A DNA stretch of 64,000 nucleotides from Paracoccaceae bacterium (lineage in GTDB: Bacteria > Pseudomonadota > Alphaproteobacteria > Rhodobacterales > Rhodobacteraceae). The DNA lies in contig JAGQRV010000003.1 in NCBI GenBank assembly GCA_020425125.1, forward strand, positions 1,184 to 65,183. Reading direction: 5' to 3'. Both the position numbers and the translations under genes were made by a program. Shown in pieces: positions 39,680 to 49,199 of this stretch. How positions within the stretch are numbered: position 1 is the stretch's first letter; each line of letters begins with the position of its first letter. Below the pieces are notes generated by a model that saw only the letters and a program-made list of their open reading frames with translations, was not told the DNA's origin and did no database searches.

Positions 39680-39830
39680 CCAGACCATGTCCTCGGTTGG
39701 CGGTGCGCAAGTTCCGCCCCCATTAGCACCCGAGTTCGACCGCTGGCAAGGGCACGCCGTTTCGGCGGCGTTGCTGCCATCCCAAGGCATTGCAATTGAA
39801 TTCGCGTCAGATCACGGCCAATATGGGCAG

Positions 39831-40271
39831 ATGATGGCTGAAGCGGAAACTCAGGGCGTGACCGCGTCGAGGGCGCGGGGAATCGCGTGGCTCGGACGGG
39901 CGGGACTGCGGCCGACCCGTCAGCGGGTCGCGCTGGCCGTGTTGCTGGTGGGCGACGGCTGCAACCGCCATGTCACTGCCGAAGGGCTTTACGCCGATGC
40001 GCAGCGCCGCGGCGACAAGGTGGCGTTGGCGACGGTCTACAATACGCTACGCGCCTTCTGTGATGCCGGGTTGATGCAGGAAGTGACCGTGGACGGGACG
40101 CGCTCCTATTTCGATACGCGCACCGACCAGCATCCGCATTTCTACTGGGAAGATACCAGCGAACTGACCGACGCGCCGGTTTCGGAGCTCGAGATTAGCC
40201 GCCTGCCCGCAGTGCCCGCCGGTGCCGAGATCGCCCGAGTGGACGTGGTGATCCGCCTGCGCCGCCGCTGA
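39831..40271 (+). CDS. irr: Fur-family iron response regulator (Irr-like)
   Basis: ORF 39324..40271 trimmed to MMAEAETQG at 39831. LRPTRQRVALAVLL...ATVYNTLRAFCDAGLM...DQHPHFYWED. Divergent from fabA, a synteny known in alphaproteobacteria. Confidence 0.8.
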   Translation: MMAEAETQGVTASRARGIAWLGRAGLRPTRQRVALAVLLVGDGCNRHVTAEGLYADAQRRGDKVALATVYNTLRAFCDAGLMQEVTVDGTRSYFDTRTDQHPHFYWEDTSELTDAPVSELEISRLPAVPAGAEIARVDVVIRLRRR

Positions 40272-40389
40272 AAGCGACGCAGGGACCCGTTCCCGGCCTC
40301 CGCACCCGAAGGCGCAGGGGACATGCGGGCAGGCGCCCGACCGCAGCGGCTGAACGCGGCGACCGTAACCAGCTATCGGGTTGTTTTGG

Positions 40390-40593
40390 TCAGATCGGCA
40401 GGTTGTCGTAGTGGAGTTCGGCGATCTCGGCCTCGAACTCATCTGCCAGGGCGCGCATCTCGGCCGGCACGCGGCCTCGGTTGCTTTCGATTTCGCCGAT
40501 GATCCGACGCAAGGCGTCGTGGACCGGACGCGGGTCCGGTGCCGCTGCAGCCCGCAAGTTCTCCATATGGGTCATGACCACCGTGTCGAGCAT
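40390..40593 (-). CDS. Hypothetical 67-aa protein
   Basis: C-terminal part of ORF 40390..41628 (MLDTVVMTHMENLRAAAAPD...FEAEIAELHYDNLPI). GGGAGGA SD lies 4 nt upstream. High GC3. Confidence 0.55.
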   Translation of the reverse strand: MLDTVVMTHMENLRAAAAPDPRPVHDALRRIIGEIESNRGRVPAEMRALADEFEAEIAELHYDNLPI

Positions 40594-40634
40594 ATCGTCC
40601 TCCCAGCGTGTTGACGGGTTTTCTGGTCCGCAGG

Positions 40635-41000
40635 TCAGCCGGATCCCGGCGGCGGCCCGGCTCCAAGGGTCCTCTGAAGCTCTCTGAGTGAGACGATCTC
40701 GTCCCGGATCCGGCGTCTGGCCCCGGCGAGTTGCTTCAGGGCAGCATCGCTTGGCGGGAACTGGCTGCGCTGCCTGGCGATCTGCCGCTCCAGCTCGTCC
40801 AGACTGGCTTGAAGCCGATTGACCCGCTGGGCGAGAGCTTGCCGTCCGTCGTGGTCCGGCTGCCGGTCTGGGAATCCGCTTTGGCCGTCTGGCCCCTGTC
40901 CGGGCGTTTCCGCCGCGTTTTGGCCGAGAGCCGCACTGCCCCGCAGGGTGGGATTTTTCATGCCGGCAAGGCGGGAAGTCTGGCTGCGGTCCTCGAACAT
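40635..41000 (-). CDS. Hypothetical 121-aa protein with a C-terminal coiled-coil (DUF465-like?)
   Basis: GGAGA SD upstream of the ATG at 41000. The C-terminal LDELERQIARQRSQFPPSDAALKQLAGARRRIRDEIVSL resembles the YdcH/DUF465 pattern. That assignment is weak. Confidence 0.5.
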   Translation of the reverse strand: MFEDRSQTSRLAGMKNPTLRGSAALGQNAAETPGQGPDGQSGFPDRQPDHDGRQALAQRVNRLQASLDELERQIARQRSQFPPSDAALKQLAGARRRIRDEIVSLRELQRTLGAGPPPGSG

Positions 41001-41078
41001 CGTGATCTCCTGTCTGTCTCTGTGACCTTGACATGGGGAGCGGGACCATCCGATTAATACAATCAGCTTGTAAATTTC

Positions 41079-41095
41079 GATTGGAAATTCCTATC
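41079..41095. promoter_or_regulatory. LysR-type T-N11-A box (GAT-N11-ATC) at the LysR gene start
   Basis: GATTGGAAATTCCTATC with central GGAA-A-TTCC dyad symmetry. It ends 2 nt before the ATG at 41098, in the divergent intergenic region. Confidence 0.4.
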
Positions 41096-41097
41096 AA

Positions 41098-42033
41098 ATG
41101 CGCCCGTCGCCAAGCCTTAGACAGCTCCGCTATTTCGTCGCTGTGGCCGAAACCGGCAATTTTCGCCGGGCGGCCGAACGCTGCGGCGTCAGCCAGCCTT
41201 CTCTCAGTCTGCAGGTTGCCGGACTCGAGGAGATCCTCGGGGCCAGGCTGATCAGCCGCGGCCGCGGCAAGATCGCGCCAACGGTGGTGGGGCGCGAGGT
41301 TCTGACGCGGGCACGGCGGATACTCGACGAAACGAATGCGCTGGTCGATCTGGCGGCCGACATTGCCACCGGCCTGACCGGCATGGTGCGCCTCGGCACC
41401 TCGCCTGCGCTCGGGCCCTATTTCCTTCCGGGCGCGGTCAGCGCGCTGCATCGGGCGCATCCGGATCTGAAGCTCTATGTGCGCGAAGCGCCGCCGCGGC
41501 GGCTCCTGCAGGAGCTTGAACGGGGCGAGCACGACATGATCCTGACCCAATTGCCGGTAGCCGGCGCCGATCTTCAGGCGGTGCGGCTCTTTCGGGAACC
41601 GCTCCTGCTGGTCGTGCCCGTGCGGCATCCGCTGGCGAAGCGAGAAGCCGTGCGAGAAGCCGATCTCGCAGGGCTGTCGCTTCTATCGATGGGACCTGAC
41701 TATGTGCTTCACGAACAGGTCGCGGCGCTTTGCGCCAATGTGGGGGCCCATCTTGAACAGGCCTACGAGGGCACCAGCCTCGATGCGCTGCGCACCATGA
41801 CTGCGATGGAGATGGGGATCTGCCTGCTGCCCGCGCTCTACGTCGCTTCGGAGGTCGCGCGCGGACCTGGAGATGTGCGGGCCGTCCCGTTTGCGGGCGG
41901 GCGGGTTGCGCGGTCGGTCGGACTCGTCACCCGGCGGCGCGGCGGCAATGAACGGGCGTTCCAGCGCCTGACCGAGGTGTTCCGCGACGTTGCCCGGTCG
42001 CGCGGCGCCGACGGGCTCCGCGCCGAGTCCTGA
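41098..42033 (+). CDS. LysR-family transcriptional regulator (OxyR-like)
   Basis: 311 aa. MRPSPSLRQLRYFVAVAETGNFRRAAERCGVSQPSLSLQVAGLEE matches the OxyR-type HTH. Confidence 0.85.
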   Translation: MRPSPSLRQLRYFVAVAETGNFRRAAERCGVSQPSLSLQVAGLEEILGARLISRGRGKIAPTVVGREVLTRARRILDETNALVDLAADIATGLTGMVRLGTSPALGPYFLPGAVSALHRAHPDLKLYVREAPPRRLLQELERGEHDMILTQLPVAGADLQAVRLFREPLLLVVPVRHPLAKREAVREADLAGLSLLSMGPDYVLHEQVAALCANVGAHLEQAYEGTSLDALRTMTAMEMGICLLPALYVASEVARGPGDVRAVPFAGGRVARSVGLVTRRRGGNERAFQRLTEVFRDVARSRGADGLRAES

Positions 42034-42108
42034 ACGGATGGGCTGGCGGTCTTGCGGCTGGGGGCGGTGGCCGTGTAGAGACATGGCCTGCTGGGAGGGG
42101 ACCATCCG

Positions 42109-43431
42109 ATGTCCGAGGCCAAGAAGCTGTTCATCAAGACCTATGGCTGTCAGATGAACGTCTATGACAGCGAGCGCATGGCCGAAGCGCTGTCTGCGTC
42201 GGGCTATGCGGCGACCGACCGGGCAGAGGAGGCGGACATGATCCTGCTCAACACCTGCCATATCCGCGAGAAGGCGGCCGAGAAGGTCTATTCCGAACTG
42301 GGACGTCTCAAGCCCCTCAAGGCTGCGAAGCCGGAGCTGAAGATCGGCGTGGCGGGTTGCGTGGCCCAGGCCGAAGGGGCCGAGATCCTGAACCGCCAGC
42401 CGCTTGTCGACCTGGTGGTGGGACCGCAAAGCTATCACCGCCTGCCGGCGCTGGTCGAGGAAGCGCGGGCGGGCCGCAAGGCGCTCGACACAGATTTTCC
42501 CGAAGAGGACAAGTTCGATTATCTGTCCGCGCGGCCGCAAGCCCGACGTGCGCCCGCGGCCTTCCTGACGGTGCAGGAAGGCTGCGACAAGTTCTGCGCC
42601 TTCTGCGTGGTGCCCTATACCCGCGGCGCCGAGGTGAGCCGTCCCGCCACGCGGGTACTGGGCGAGGCGCGTGATCTGGTGGCGCGGGGCGTGCGCGAGA
42701 TCACGCTTCTCGGTCAGAACGTCAACGCCTATCACGGTGCCGGCGACGGCGGTGACTGGGGGCTCGCCCGGCTGATCCGCGAATTGGCCGCAATCGAGGG
42801 ACTGGAGCGGATCCGCTACACAACCTCTCATCCCAACGACATGGACGACGACCTGATCGCCGCACATGGCGATTGCGCTAAGCTGATGCCCTATCTGCAC
42901 CTTCCGGTGCAGTCGGGATCGGACCGGATCCTGAAGGCGATGAACCGCAAGCACACCGCGGATTCGTATCTGCGCCTCGTCGAGCGGATCCGGGCGTCGC
43001 GGCCGGATATCCTGCTGTCGGGCGACTTCATCACCGGCTTCCCAGGCGAAACCGAGTTCGATTTCGAAGCGACGATGGACCTGGTTCGCGCGGTGAATTA
43101 CGGGCAGGCCTATTCCTTCCGCTACTCGCCGCGCCCCGGCACCCCTGCTGCCGAGAAACCGCAAGTCGCCAAGGCCGTGGCAGAAGACCGCCTGCAGCGG
43201 CTTCAGGCACTGCTTGCCGAGCAGCAGAAGGCCGCCCAGGACGCGATGGTGGGGCGAGAGGTCGGTGTCCTGGTGGAGAAGCCCGGCCGCCTGCCGGGGC
43301 AGATCGCCGGCAAGTCCGATCACCTTCATGCTGTCCACCTGGATGGTCCGGAAAGCCTGATCGGTCAGGTCGTACGAGTCCGCGTCGTCGAAAGCGCGCC
43401 CCATTCTCTGAGGGGCGCGCTGGTCGTCTGA
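42109..43431 (+). CDS. miaB: tRNA-i6A37 methylthiotransferase
   Basis: 440 aa. [19 protein letters not shown], radical-SAM [17 protein letters not shown], and a TRAM C-terminus. Confidence 0.95.
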   Translation: MSEAKKLFIKTYGCQMNVYDSERMAEALSASGYAATDRAEEADMILLNTCHIREKAAEKVYSELGRLKPLKAAKPELKIGVAGCVAQAEGAEILNRQPLVDLVVGPQSYHRLPALVEEARAGRKALDTDFPEEDKFDYLSARPQARRAPAAFLTVQEGCDKFCAFCVVPYTRGAEVSRPATRVLGEARDLVARGVREITLLGQNVNAYHGAGDGGDWGLARLIRELAAIEGLERIRYTTSHPNDMDDDLIAAHGDCAKLMPYLHLPVQSGSDRILKAMNRKHTADSYLRLVERIRASRPDILLSGDFITGFPGETEFDFEATMDLVRAVNYGQAYSFRYSPRPGTPAAEKPQVAKAVAEDRLQRLQALLAEQQKAAQDAMVGREVGVLVEKPGRLPGQIAGKSDHLHAVHLDGPESLIGQVVRVRVVESAPHSLRGALVV

Positions 43432-43440
43432 GCGCGGCTG

Positions 43441-43872
43441 TCAGACAGCTTCGGCCAGCAGATCAAGGATATAGCTCCAGCCGGCCTTGTGGCCATCGCG
43501 GGCCCCCTCGCTGGCAAAGCGCACCTGGGTCAGTTCGACCAGTGTGCCGCCCTCCGCTTCGGCGAAGGTCACCGTGACCGTGCTGTCCTCGACGGTGGAA
43601 TGTGCACTTTCCCAGGTGAAGACCAGGCGTTTCGGCCGCGTGATCTCCTTGTAGGTTCCTTCGTGCGGCAGGTCCTTGTCCGTTCGCATCAGGATCAGGA
43701 ACCGCCCTCCGACGCGAGGGTCGGTTTCGACCTTCGGAACGGTCGTGCCAGGCATCCCCATCATGAACTTCGCCATCAACTTCGGATCCAGCCACGCGTC
43801 GAAGACGCGCTCCGGCGGCGCGGGAATCACGCGCGAGACGGTCAGGCTCAGGTCAGTCATCGTTTCGGTCAT
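43441..43872 (-). CDS. SRPBCC (AHSA1/START-like) domain protein
   Basis: 143 aa. VSRVIPAPPERVFDAWLDPKLMAKFM is typical of the Aha1/SRPBCC family. Confidence 0.75.
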   Translation of the reverse strand: MTETMTDLSLTVSRVIPAPPERVFDAWLDPKLMAKFMMGMPGTTVPKVETDPRVGGRFLILMRTDKDLPHEGTYKEITRPKRLVFTWESAHSTVEDSTVTVTFAEAEGGTLVELTQVRFASEGARDGHKAGWSYILDLLAEAV

Positions 43873-44233
43873 CCTTCTCTCCTGTGTCGATGTCTTCCAT
43901 CAAGGCTGCTTCGAGTGCTTCCAGGCGCATCTCCCAGATCGATCTGAGGTCCCGGAACCAGCGGTCGATCTCGTCCAGCGTCTCGGGCCGCAGCGCGATG
44001 CGGTGTTCGCGCCATTCGGTCCGCCGGGTGACCAGCTCTGCCGCTTCCAGCACCTTGATGTGCTTCGAGACGGCGTTGAGGCTCAGCGCGAAATGTTGCG
44101 CCAAGTCCGTCACCCGCTGGTCCCCGTGCTGGGCGAGGAGGGTCAGGATCGCCCGCCGTGTCGGGTCGGATGCCGCCTTCAGGATGGCGCTCAGACGATC
44201 TGATTCTCGTTCAACCATATGGGTGAATAACAT
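43853..44233 (-). CDS. ArsR/SmtB-family transcriptional regulator
   Basis: 126 aa; ATG at 44218 is an alternative start. LSAILKAASDPTRRAILTLLAQHGDQRVTDLAQHFALSLNAVSKHIKVLEAAELV is the ArsR HTH. 20-nt overlap with the SRPBCC gene. Confidence 0.85.
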   Translation of the reverse strand: MLFTHMVERESDRLSAILKAASDPTRRAILTLLAQHGDQRVTDLAQHFALSLNAVSKHIKVLEAAELVTRRTEWREHRIALRPETLDEIDRWFRDLRSIWEMRLEALEAALMEDIDTGEKDDRNDD

Positions 44234-44266
44234 GTCCTGTGCTATCGATCAACCGAATGGGTGAAT
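44219..44266. repeat. Direct repeat ATGGGTGAAT x2 at the ArsR gene start
   Basis: Identical 10-mers at 44219-44228 and 44257-44266. One overlaps the first codons and one lies just upstream of the ATG at 44233. Confidence 0.45.
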
Positions 44267-44358
44267 GATGGCACGTTTGCAACGCGCGCTTTGGACTTCA
44301 GCGGATTGTGGCAGTCGGGTGACATCCGAATCGGCGGACTTGCCATGTCCGTGGCGAC

Positions 44359-45417
44359 TTGGCAGGCTCGACTCAGGCGCGAACCAGGGAGACATGTTTG
44401 GCCATCAGCGAGTTGACCCCGCAGAGCAGGACCTCCGAAAGCCCGGCCGTGCATCTGGAGTTCCCCGACAATCGCCTCCTCATCGACCTCTGCGGTCAGT
44501 ACGACCGGAACCTCGCGCAGATCGAACATGCGCTCGGCCTTCAAATCCTCAGGCGCGGCAACGAACTGGCGATCTTCGGCCCGGCCGAGTCCCAAGCCCG
44601 CGGGTCCGAGATCCTCGCCGCGCTCTACCACCGGCTCGAATCCGGCCGTGCCGTGGATGCCGGCGACATCGATGCCGAACTGCGCATGAACGGCCGGAGC
44701 GACGCCGAGGGCGGCAGCGAGGGCGGCCAGCTTGAGATGTTCAAGCGCGGAGACGTGGAGATCCGCACCCGTCGCAAGATCGTCGAGCCGCGAACGGCGA
44801 CCCAGAAGGCCTATGTCCGGGCTTTGTTCGAGAACGATCTCGCCTTCGGTATCGGTCCGGCCGGGACCGGAAAGACTTACCTGGCGGTCGCGGTCGGCGT
44901 GTCCCTGTTCATCGAGGGCCATGTGGACCGGATCATCCTGTCGCGCCCGGCCGTCGAGGCCGGCGAGCGTCTGGGCTTTTTGCCCGGCGCCAAGGAAGAC
45001 AAGGTCGATCCGTACATGCAGCCGCTTTACGACGCGCTGAACGATTTCCTGCCCGCCAAGCAGGTCGAGAAGCTGAAGGAAGAGAAGAAGATCGAGGTGG
45101 CGCCCCTTGCCTTCATGCGCGGGCGCACGCTGTCCAACGCCTATGTGGTGCTGGACGAGGCGCAGAATGCCACCACGATGCAGATGAAGATGTTCCTGAC
45201 CCGTCTTGGCGAAGGCTCGCGCATGGTCGTCACCGGTGACCGGACCCAGGTCGACTTGCCGCGCGGCGTCGAAAGCGGTCTTGGCGAGGCGGAGCGGCTC
45301 CTGAAGGGAATCGACGCGATCTCGTTCACCTATTTCACCGCGAAGGACGTGGTGCGCCACCCGCTTGTGGCGAGGATCATCGAAGCCTATGACGCGGCCG
45401 ATGGAGCCGCTGGTTGA
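44359..45417 (+). CDS. ybeZ: PhoH-family ATPase (YbeZ)
   Basis: 352 aa. The start is uncertain: TTG at 44359, or TTG at 44398 preceded by AGGGAGA. Walker A GPAGTGKTYLAV and DEAQN are present. Confidence 0.88.
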   Translation: MAGSTQARTRETCLAISELTPQSRTSESPAVHLEFPDNRLLIDLCGQYDRNLAQIEHALGLQILRRGNELAIFGPAESQARGSEILAALYHRLESGRAVDAGDIDAELRMNGRSDAEGGSEGGQLEMFKRGDVEIRTRRKIVEPRTATQKAYVRALFENDLAFGIGPAGTGKTYLAVAVGVSLFIEGHVDRIILSRPAVEAGERLGFLPGAKEDKVDPYMQPLYDALNDFLPAKQVEKLKEEKKIEVAPLAFMRGRTLSNAYVVLDEAQNATTMQMKMFLTRLGEGSRMVVTGDRTQVDLPRGVESGLGEAERLLKGIDAISFTYFTAKDVVRHPLVARIIEAYDAADGAAG

Positions 45418-45925
45418 GACGCTGATCGAATCTCCCGAATGGGCGGAGTGCGACCTTTCCGGCCTTGCGGAGCGGGCGGCAAGGGCGACGCTCGCCGCGC
45501 TGGGGCTCGACCCGTCCGGTTTCGCGATCAGCCTTCTCGGCTGCGACGATTCACGCATCGCCGAACTGAATGCCGAGTTCCGCGGCAAGCCGGTTCCGAC
45601 CAACGTGCTGTCCTGGCCGTCCGAGGATCGCGCCGCCGCAGCGGCGGGGCAGGAGCCGGACCTGCCGGACGCCGATCTCGCCGACCCTGTCGAACTGGGT
45701 GATGTTGCAATTGCACATGGCGTCTGCGCCCGCGAGGCGGCGGCGGCCGGCCGGCGGTTCGACGATCACGTTGCCCATCTGCTCGTCCACGGAGTCCTGC
45801 ATCTTCTGGGTTACGATCACGTGGAAGATGCAGATGCCACCTTGATGGAAGGCCGCGAGGTCGCGATACTTGCGACGATGGGGGTTCCCGACCCATATGC
45901 GGACGGGGCTGCATCCCCGGATTGA
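45401..45925 (+). CDS. ybeY: rRNA maturation endoribonuclease YbeY
   Basis: ORF 45365..45925 trimmed to MEPLVETLIESPEW; ATG at 45389 is an alternative start. HLLVHGVLHLLGYDH zinc motif present. Confidence 0.92.
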   Translation: MEPLVETLIESPEWAECDLSGLAERAARATLAALGLDPSGFAISLLGCDDSRIAELNAEFRGKPVPTNVLSWPSEDRAAAAAGQEPDLPDADLADPVELGDVAIAHGVCAREAAAAGRRFDDHVAHLLVHGVLHLLGYDHVEDADATLMEGREVAILATMGVPDPYADGAASPD

Positions 45926-45935
45926 CTGGAACAGG

Positions 45936-46826
45936 ATGATGACGGACGCCGACGGGTCGTCTACGGCAGCGCAAGGCGCGCGAGGCAAGGCTACCTCCCA
46001 CTCTTCCAACGGTTTCTGGCGACGTGTCTTTTCGGGCGCGCCGCGTCCCGCAGCGCGTGCGGCGGCGGACGGAACACCGAGAACTGTTACCACCACCGGG
46101 ACGCCGCGGCCCGGCCTGTCCAACCTCAGGCGTATGCAGATCAACGACGTGGCGGTGCCCAAGGGCGAGATCGTGGCGGCGCCGGTCGATATTGCGCTGG
46201 CCGATCTGGTCGAGGTGTTCCGGGACAGCGGTTTCACCCGCCTTCCGGTCTACGAGGGGACGCTCGACATGCCGCTGGGGCTGGTCCATCTCAAGGACGT
46301 AGCCCTGGAATATGGGTTCAACGGCCATGGCGGCACATTTGACCTCAAGGCGTTGGTGCGCCCGCTGATCTTCGCGCCGCCGTCGATGCCGATCGGAGTG
46401 CTGCTGCAGAAGATGCAGAGCCAGCGGACCCACATGGCACTGGTGATCGACGAATACGGCGGTACCGACGGGCTCGTCACCATCGAGGACCTGATCGAAC
46501 AGGTGATCGGCGAGATCGAGGACGAGCACGACACCGACGAGGATCTGCTCTGGACCCAGGAGGCGCCGGGCACCTACCTGGCCCTGGCCAAGGCGCCTCT
46601 CGACGAGTTCGAAGCCAAGATCGGCATGGATCTGAGCGTTCCGGACAACGATGACGAAGCCGACACGCTGGGCGGTGTCGTCTTCCTGCTGACCGGGCGC
46701 GTGCCGGCGCGCGGCGAAATCATCAAGCATCCGGCTGGCGCCGAGATCGAGGTGGTCGATGCCGATCCGCGGCGAATCAAGCGGTTGCGCATCAGGGTTC
46801 CCGATCCGGCGGCCGATGCGACATAG
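45936..46826 (+). CDS. corC: CBS-domain / CorC_HlyC transporter-associated protein
   Basis: ORF 45870..46826 trimmed to MMTDADGSS. CBS pair (TRLPVYEGTLDMPLGLVHLKD, ALVIDEYGGTDGLVTIEDLIEQVIGEIEDEHD). ybeX position in the conserved cluster. Confidence 0.85.
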   Translation: MMTDADGSSTAAQGARGKATSHSSNGFWRRVFSGAPRPAARAAADGTPRTVTTTGTPRPGLSNLRRMQINDVAVPKGEIVAAPVDIALADLVEVFRDSGFTRLPVYEGTLDMPLGLVHLKDVALEYGFNGHGGTFDLKALVRPLIFAPPSMPIGVLLQKMQSQRTHMALVIDEYGGTDGLVTIEDLIEQVIGEIEDEHDTDEDLLWTQEAPGTYLALAKAPLDEFEAKIGMDLSVPDNDDEADTLGGVVFLLTGRVPARGEIIKHPAGAEIEVVDADPRRIKRLRIRVPDPAADAT

Positions 46827-48360
46827 CGCGGCACTGACGAGCCGCCTCAGCGTCACGGGTTACGACCGGCTTCGGGTGTTTGTGTGCGGTGCTGCGGTCG
46901 GGTTCGGCCAGGCTCCGTTCGATCTGCCCGCTGTTTCTGTGCCGGCCCTTGCCGCGCTCATTGTCATGGTGCTTGGCGCCGCGACAACGCCGCGTCGTGC
47001 CGCGGTCCTGGGCTGGTTTGCGGGCTTCGGATACTTCGTCCTCACGCTGCACTGGATCGTCGACCCGTTCTTCGTCGATGCCGCCCACGATGCCTGGATG
47101 GCGCCGTTCGGCCTGCTGTCGCTGACCGGAGGGCTGGCGCTCTTCTGGGGGGCGGCCTTCGGACTTGCCGCCTGGCTGGCGCCCGAGGGCGGGATGCTGC
47201 ATCGAAGCCTCGCCCTGACGGCGAGCTTCACGGCAACCGAGATGCTCCGCGCTGTCCTCTTTACCGGCTTTCCCTGGGCGATGCCGGGCACGATCTGGGT
47301 CGAGACCCCGATGCGGATGCTTGCGGCCTGGATCGGTCCGCACGGATTGAACCTGCTGACGCTGCTGATTGCCGGGCTTCTCGCCGCAGCATGGTCCGCG
47401 GCTGGGCGGGCCAGGGTCCTCGCGCTCGCCGCGGCGGCCGTGCTGGTGGCGGGCGGTCTGGGCCTTGGCATCCGGATGCTGTCCAAAATCCCCGCAGAAG
47501 CCCCGCCCGGCGCTCCCGTTCTGCGACTCGTTCAGCCTGATGCCGCGCAGAATCTGAAGTGGCGCGCAGACATGGTGGCTGTCTTCTGGCAGCGGCAACT
47601 GGCGCTCTCCGCCTCTCCCGACGGCGCGGCGCCGGATCTGGTGATCTGGCCTGAGGTCGCGCTGCCCTATCTCCTGGGGCAACGGCCGGACCTCGACACC
47701 GAGATCGTCACCACTGCCCACGCGCCGGTCATGGCAGGTGCCCAGCGGTTCGATGGCGAGCGGCTGATGAATTCGCTCGTCGTGTTCGGCCGAGACGGCG
47801 CCGTGGATGCCGTCTATGACAAGCACCATCTGGTCCCGTTCGGTGAATACGTTCCGGGTGGCGCCCTGATCGCCGATCTGGGGATCGCGGGCCTTGCCAC
47901 CGATGAACTGGGGGGATTTTCGCCTGGGCCGGGACCGCGGGTGCTCGACCTGACACGCATCGGGCTGGGCCACGTCCTGCCGCTCATCTGCTACGAGGCG
48001 ATCTTTCCGCGTCATGCCCGCGTGCCCGGAGAGCGCCCCGACTGGATCGTCCAGATCACCAATGATTCCTGGTTCGGCGATTTCGCCGGGCCGCAGCAGC
48101 ATCTGGCGCAGGCGCGGATGCGCGCGGTCGAACAGGGGCTGCCCCTTGTCCGCGTGGCGCAGACGGGCATCTCCGCGCTGATTGATCCGGCTGGCCGGAT
48201 CGTCGCGAGCCTGCCGATGGAGACTGCCGGTGCGCTCGATGTGGCGCTGCCGGCGCCGCGCGCGGCCACACTCTATGCCCGGGTGGCGGGGGCACCGGTC
48301 CATGTTCTGCTCGCCCTGGCCGTGCTGGGGCTGCTCGCCGTGCGCCGGCGCGGGGGCTGA
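46816..48360 (+). CDS. lnt: Apolipoprotein N-acyltransferase
   Basis: ORF 46759..48360 trimmed to MRHSAALTSRL at 46816. Multi-TM N-terminal part and a CN-hydrolase domain (LVIWPEVALPY, LPLICYEAIFP). Confidence 0.9.
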   Translation: MRHSAALTSRLSVTGYDRLRVFVCGAAVGFGQAPFDLPAVSVPALAALIVMVLGAATTPRRAAVLGWFAGFGYFVLTLHWIVDPFFVDAAHDAWMAPFGLLSLTGGLALFWGAAFGLAAWLAPEGGMLHRSLALTASFTATEMLRAVLFTGFPWAMPGTIWVETPMRMLAAWIGPHGLNLLTLLIAGLLAAAWSAAGRARVLALAAAAVLVAGGLGLGIRMLSKIPAEAPPGAPVLRLVQPDAAQNLKWRADMVAVFWQRQLALSASPDGAAPDLVIWPEVALPYLLGQRPDLDTEIVTTAHAPVMAGAQRFDGERLMNSLVVFGRDGAVDAVYDKHHLVPFGEYVPGGALIADLGIAGLATDELGGFSPGPGPRVLDLTRIGLGHVLPLICYEAIFPRHARVPGERPDWIVQITNDSWFGDFAGPQQHLAQARMRAVEQGLPLVRVAQTGISALIDPAGRIVASLPMETAGALDVALPAPRAATLYARVAGAPVHVLLALAVLGLLAVRRRGG

Positions 48361-48457
48361 CGCGCGACGGCCGCCGCGAGGCGTTTCCTGTTCCGGTCAC
48401 GGGACCGCCGCGTCGCCCGCTTGACCTCCGCGACCGGCCGACGCATCACCCCGCCCC

Positions 48458-49180
48458 ATGACCGAGCCGACTCATCCTCAGGGCGCTCCGTGGCGTAACT
48501 TCTATGGCCGCCGCAAGGGCAAGCACCTCCGGGGGAGCCAGCAGACCTATCTCGACGAGGATCTGTCCGCGCTGTCGCCCGGACCGGTCGGCTGGGAGGA
48601 GAACCCGGAGCGCCGGCCGCTCGATCTGCCAGCGCTATTCGGCGCCCGGCCGGTCTGGCTCGAGATCGGCTTTGGCGGCGGCGAGCACCTGGTCCATCAG
48701 GCGCAGCTGCATCCCGAGGTCGGGCTGATCGGATGCGAGCCTTATATCAACGGGGTTGCCATGCTGCTCGGCAAGATCCGGTCCGCGGGCGTTGCCAATC
48801 TACGTATCCATCCCGGCGACGTGCGGGATCTCTTCGACGTCCTGCCACCGGCAGCGATCGACCGCGCCTTCCTGCTCTACCCCGACCCCTGGCCCAAGAA
48901 GCGCCACCATCGCCGCCGCTTCGTCACACCGGAACATCTTGGTCCTCTGGCGCGCGTGCTGGCGCCCGGAGCGGTCTTCCGGATCGCAACGGACATTCCC
49001 GACTATGTGCGGCAGACCCTCGAAGAGATGGCGGCACGGGACGATTTCGAACCCGTCGCGGCGAGTCGCGAAGTCTGGCATCGGCCGTGGTCCGACTGGA
49101 TCCCGACCCGCTATGAACAGAAGGCCCTGAGGGAGGGGCGGGTGCCGCACTACCTCACCTTCCGGCGGCTTGGACGGTGA
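48458..49180 (+). CDS. trmB: tRNA (guanine46-N7)-methyltransferase
   Basis: 240 aa. WLEIGFGGGEHLV, LLYPDPWPKKRHHRRR and WIPTRYEQKA are TrmB motifs. Confidence 0.92.
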   Translation: MTEPTHPQGAPWRNFYGRRKGKHLRGSQQTYLDEDLSALSPGPVGWEENPERRPLDLPALFGARPVWLEIGFGGGEHLVHQAQLHPEVGLIGCEPYINGVAMLLGKIRSAGVANLRIHPGDVRDLFDVLPPAAIDRAFLLYPDPWPKKRHHRRRFVTPEHLGPLARVLAPGAVFRIATDIPDYVRQTLEEMAARDDFEPVAASREVWHRPWSDWIPTRYEQKALREGRVPHYLTFRRLGR

Positions 49181-49199
49181 TCGTGCGGGGCACGGCGGC

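Noticed and set aside
40594-41628. N-terminal ~345 codons of ORF 40390..41628
   Set aside because: This part is antisense to the OxyR-like gene and out of frame with the 121-codon ORF. It is Arg/Pro/Gly-rich. Only the last 67 codons, with their own SD, look like a gene.
41683-43404. 573-aa minus-strand ORF
   Set aside because: It is antisense to miaB, which has a clear radical-SAM CxxxCxxC motif, and to the end of the LysR gene. Artefactual composition.
44242-45603. 453-aa minus-strand ORF
   Set aside because: It is antisense to the PhoH-family gene (Walker A, DEAQN). No motifs.
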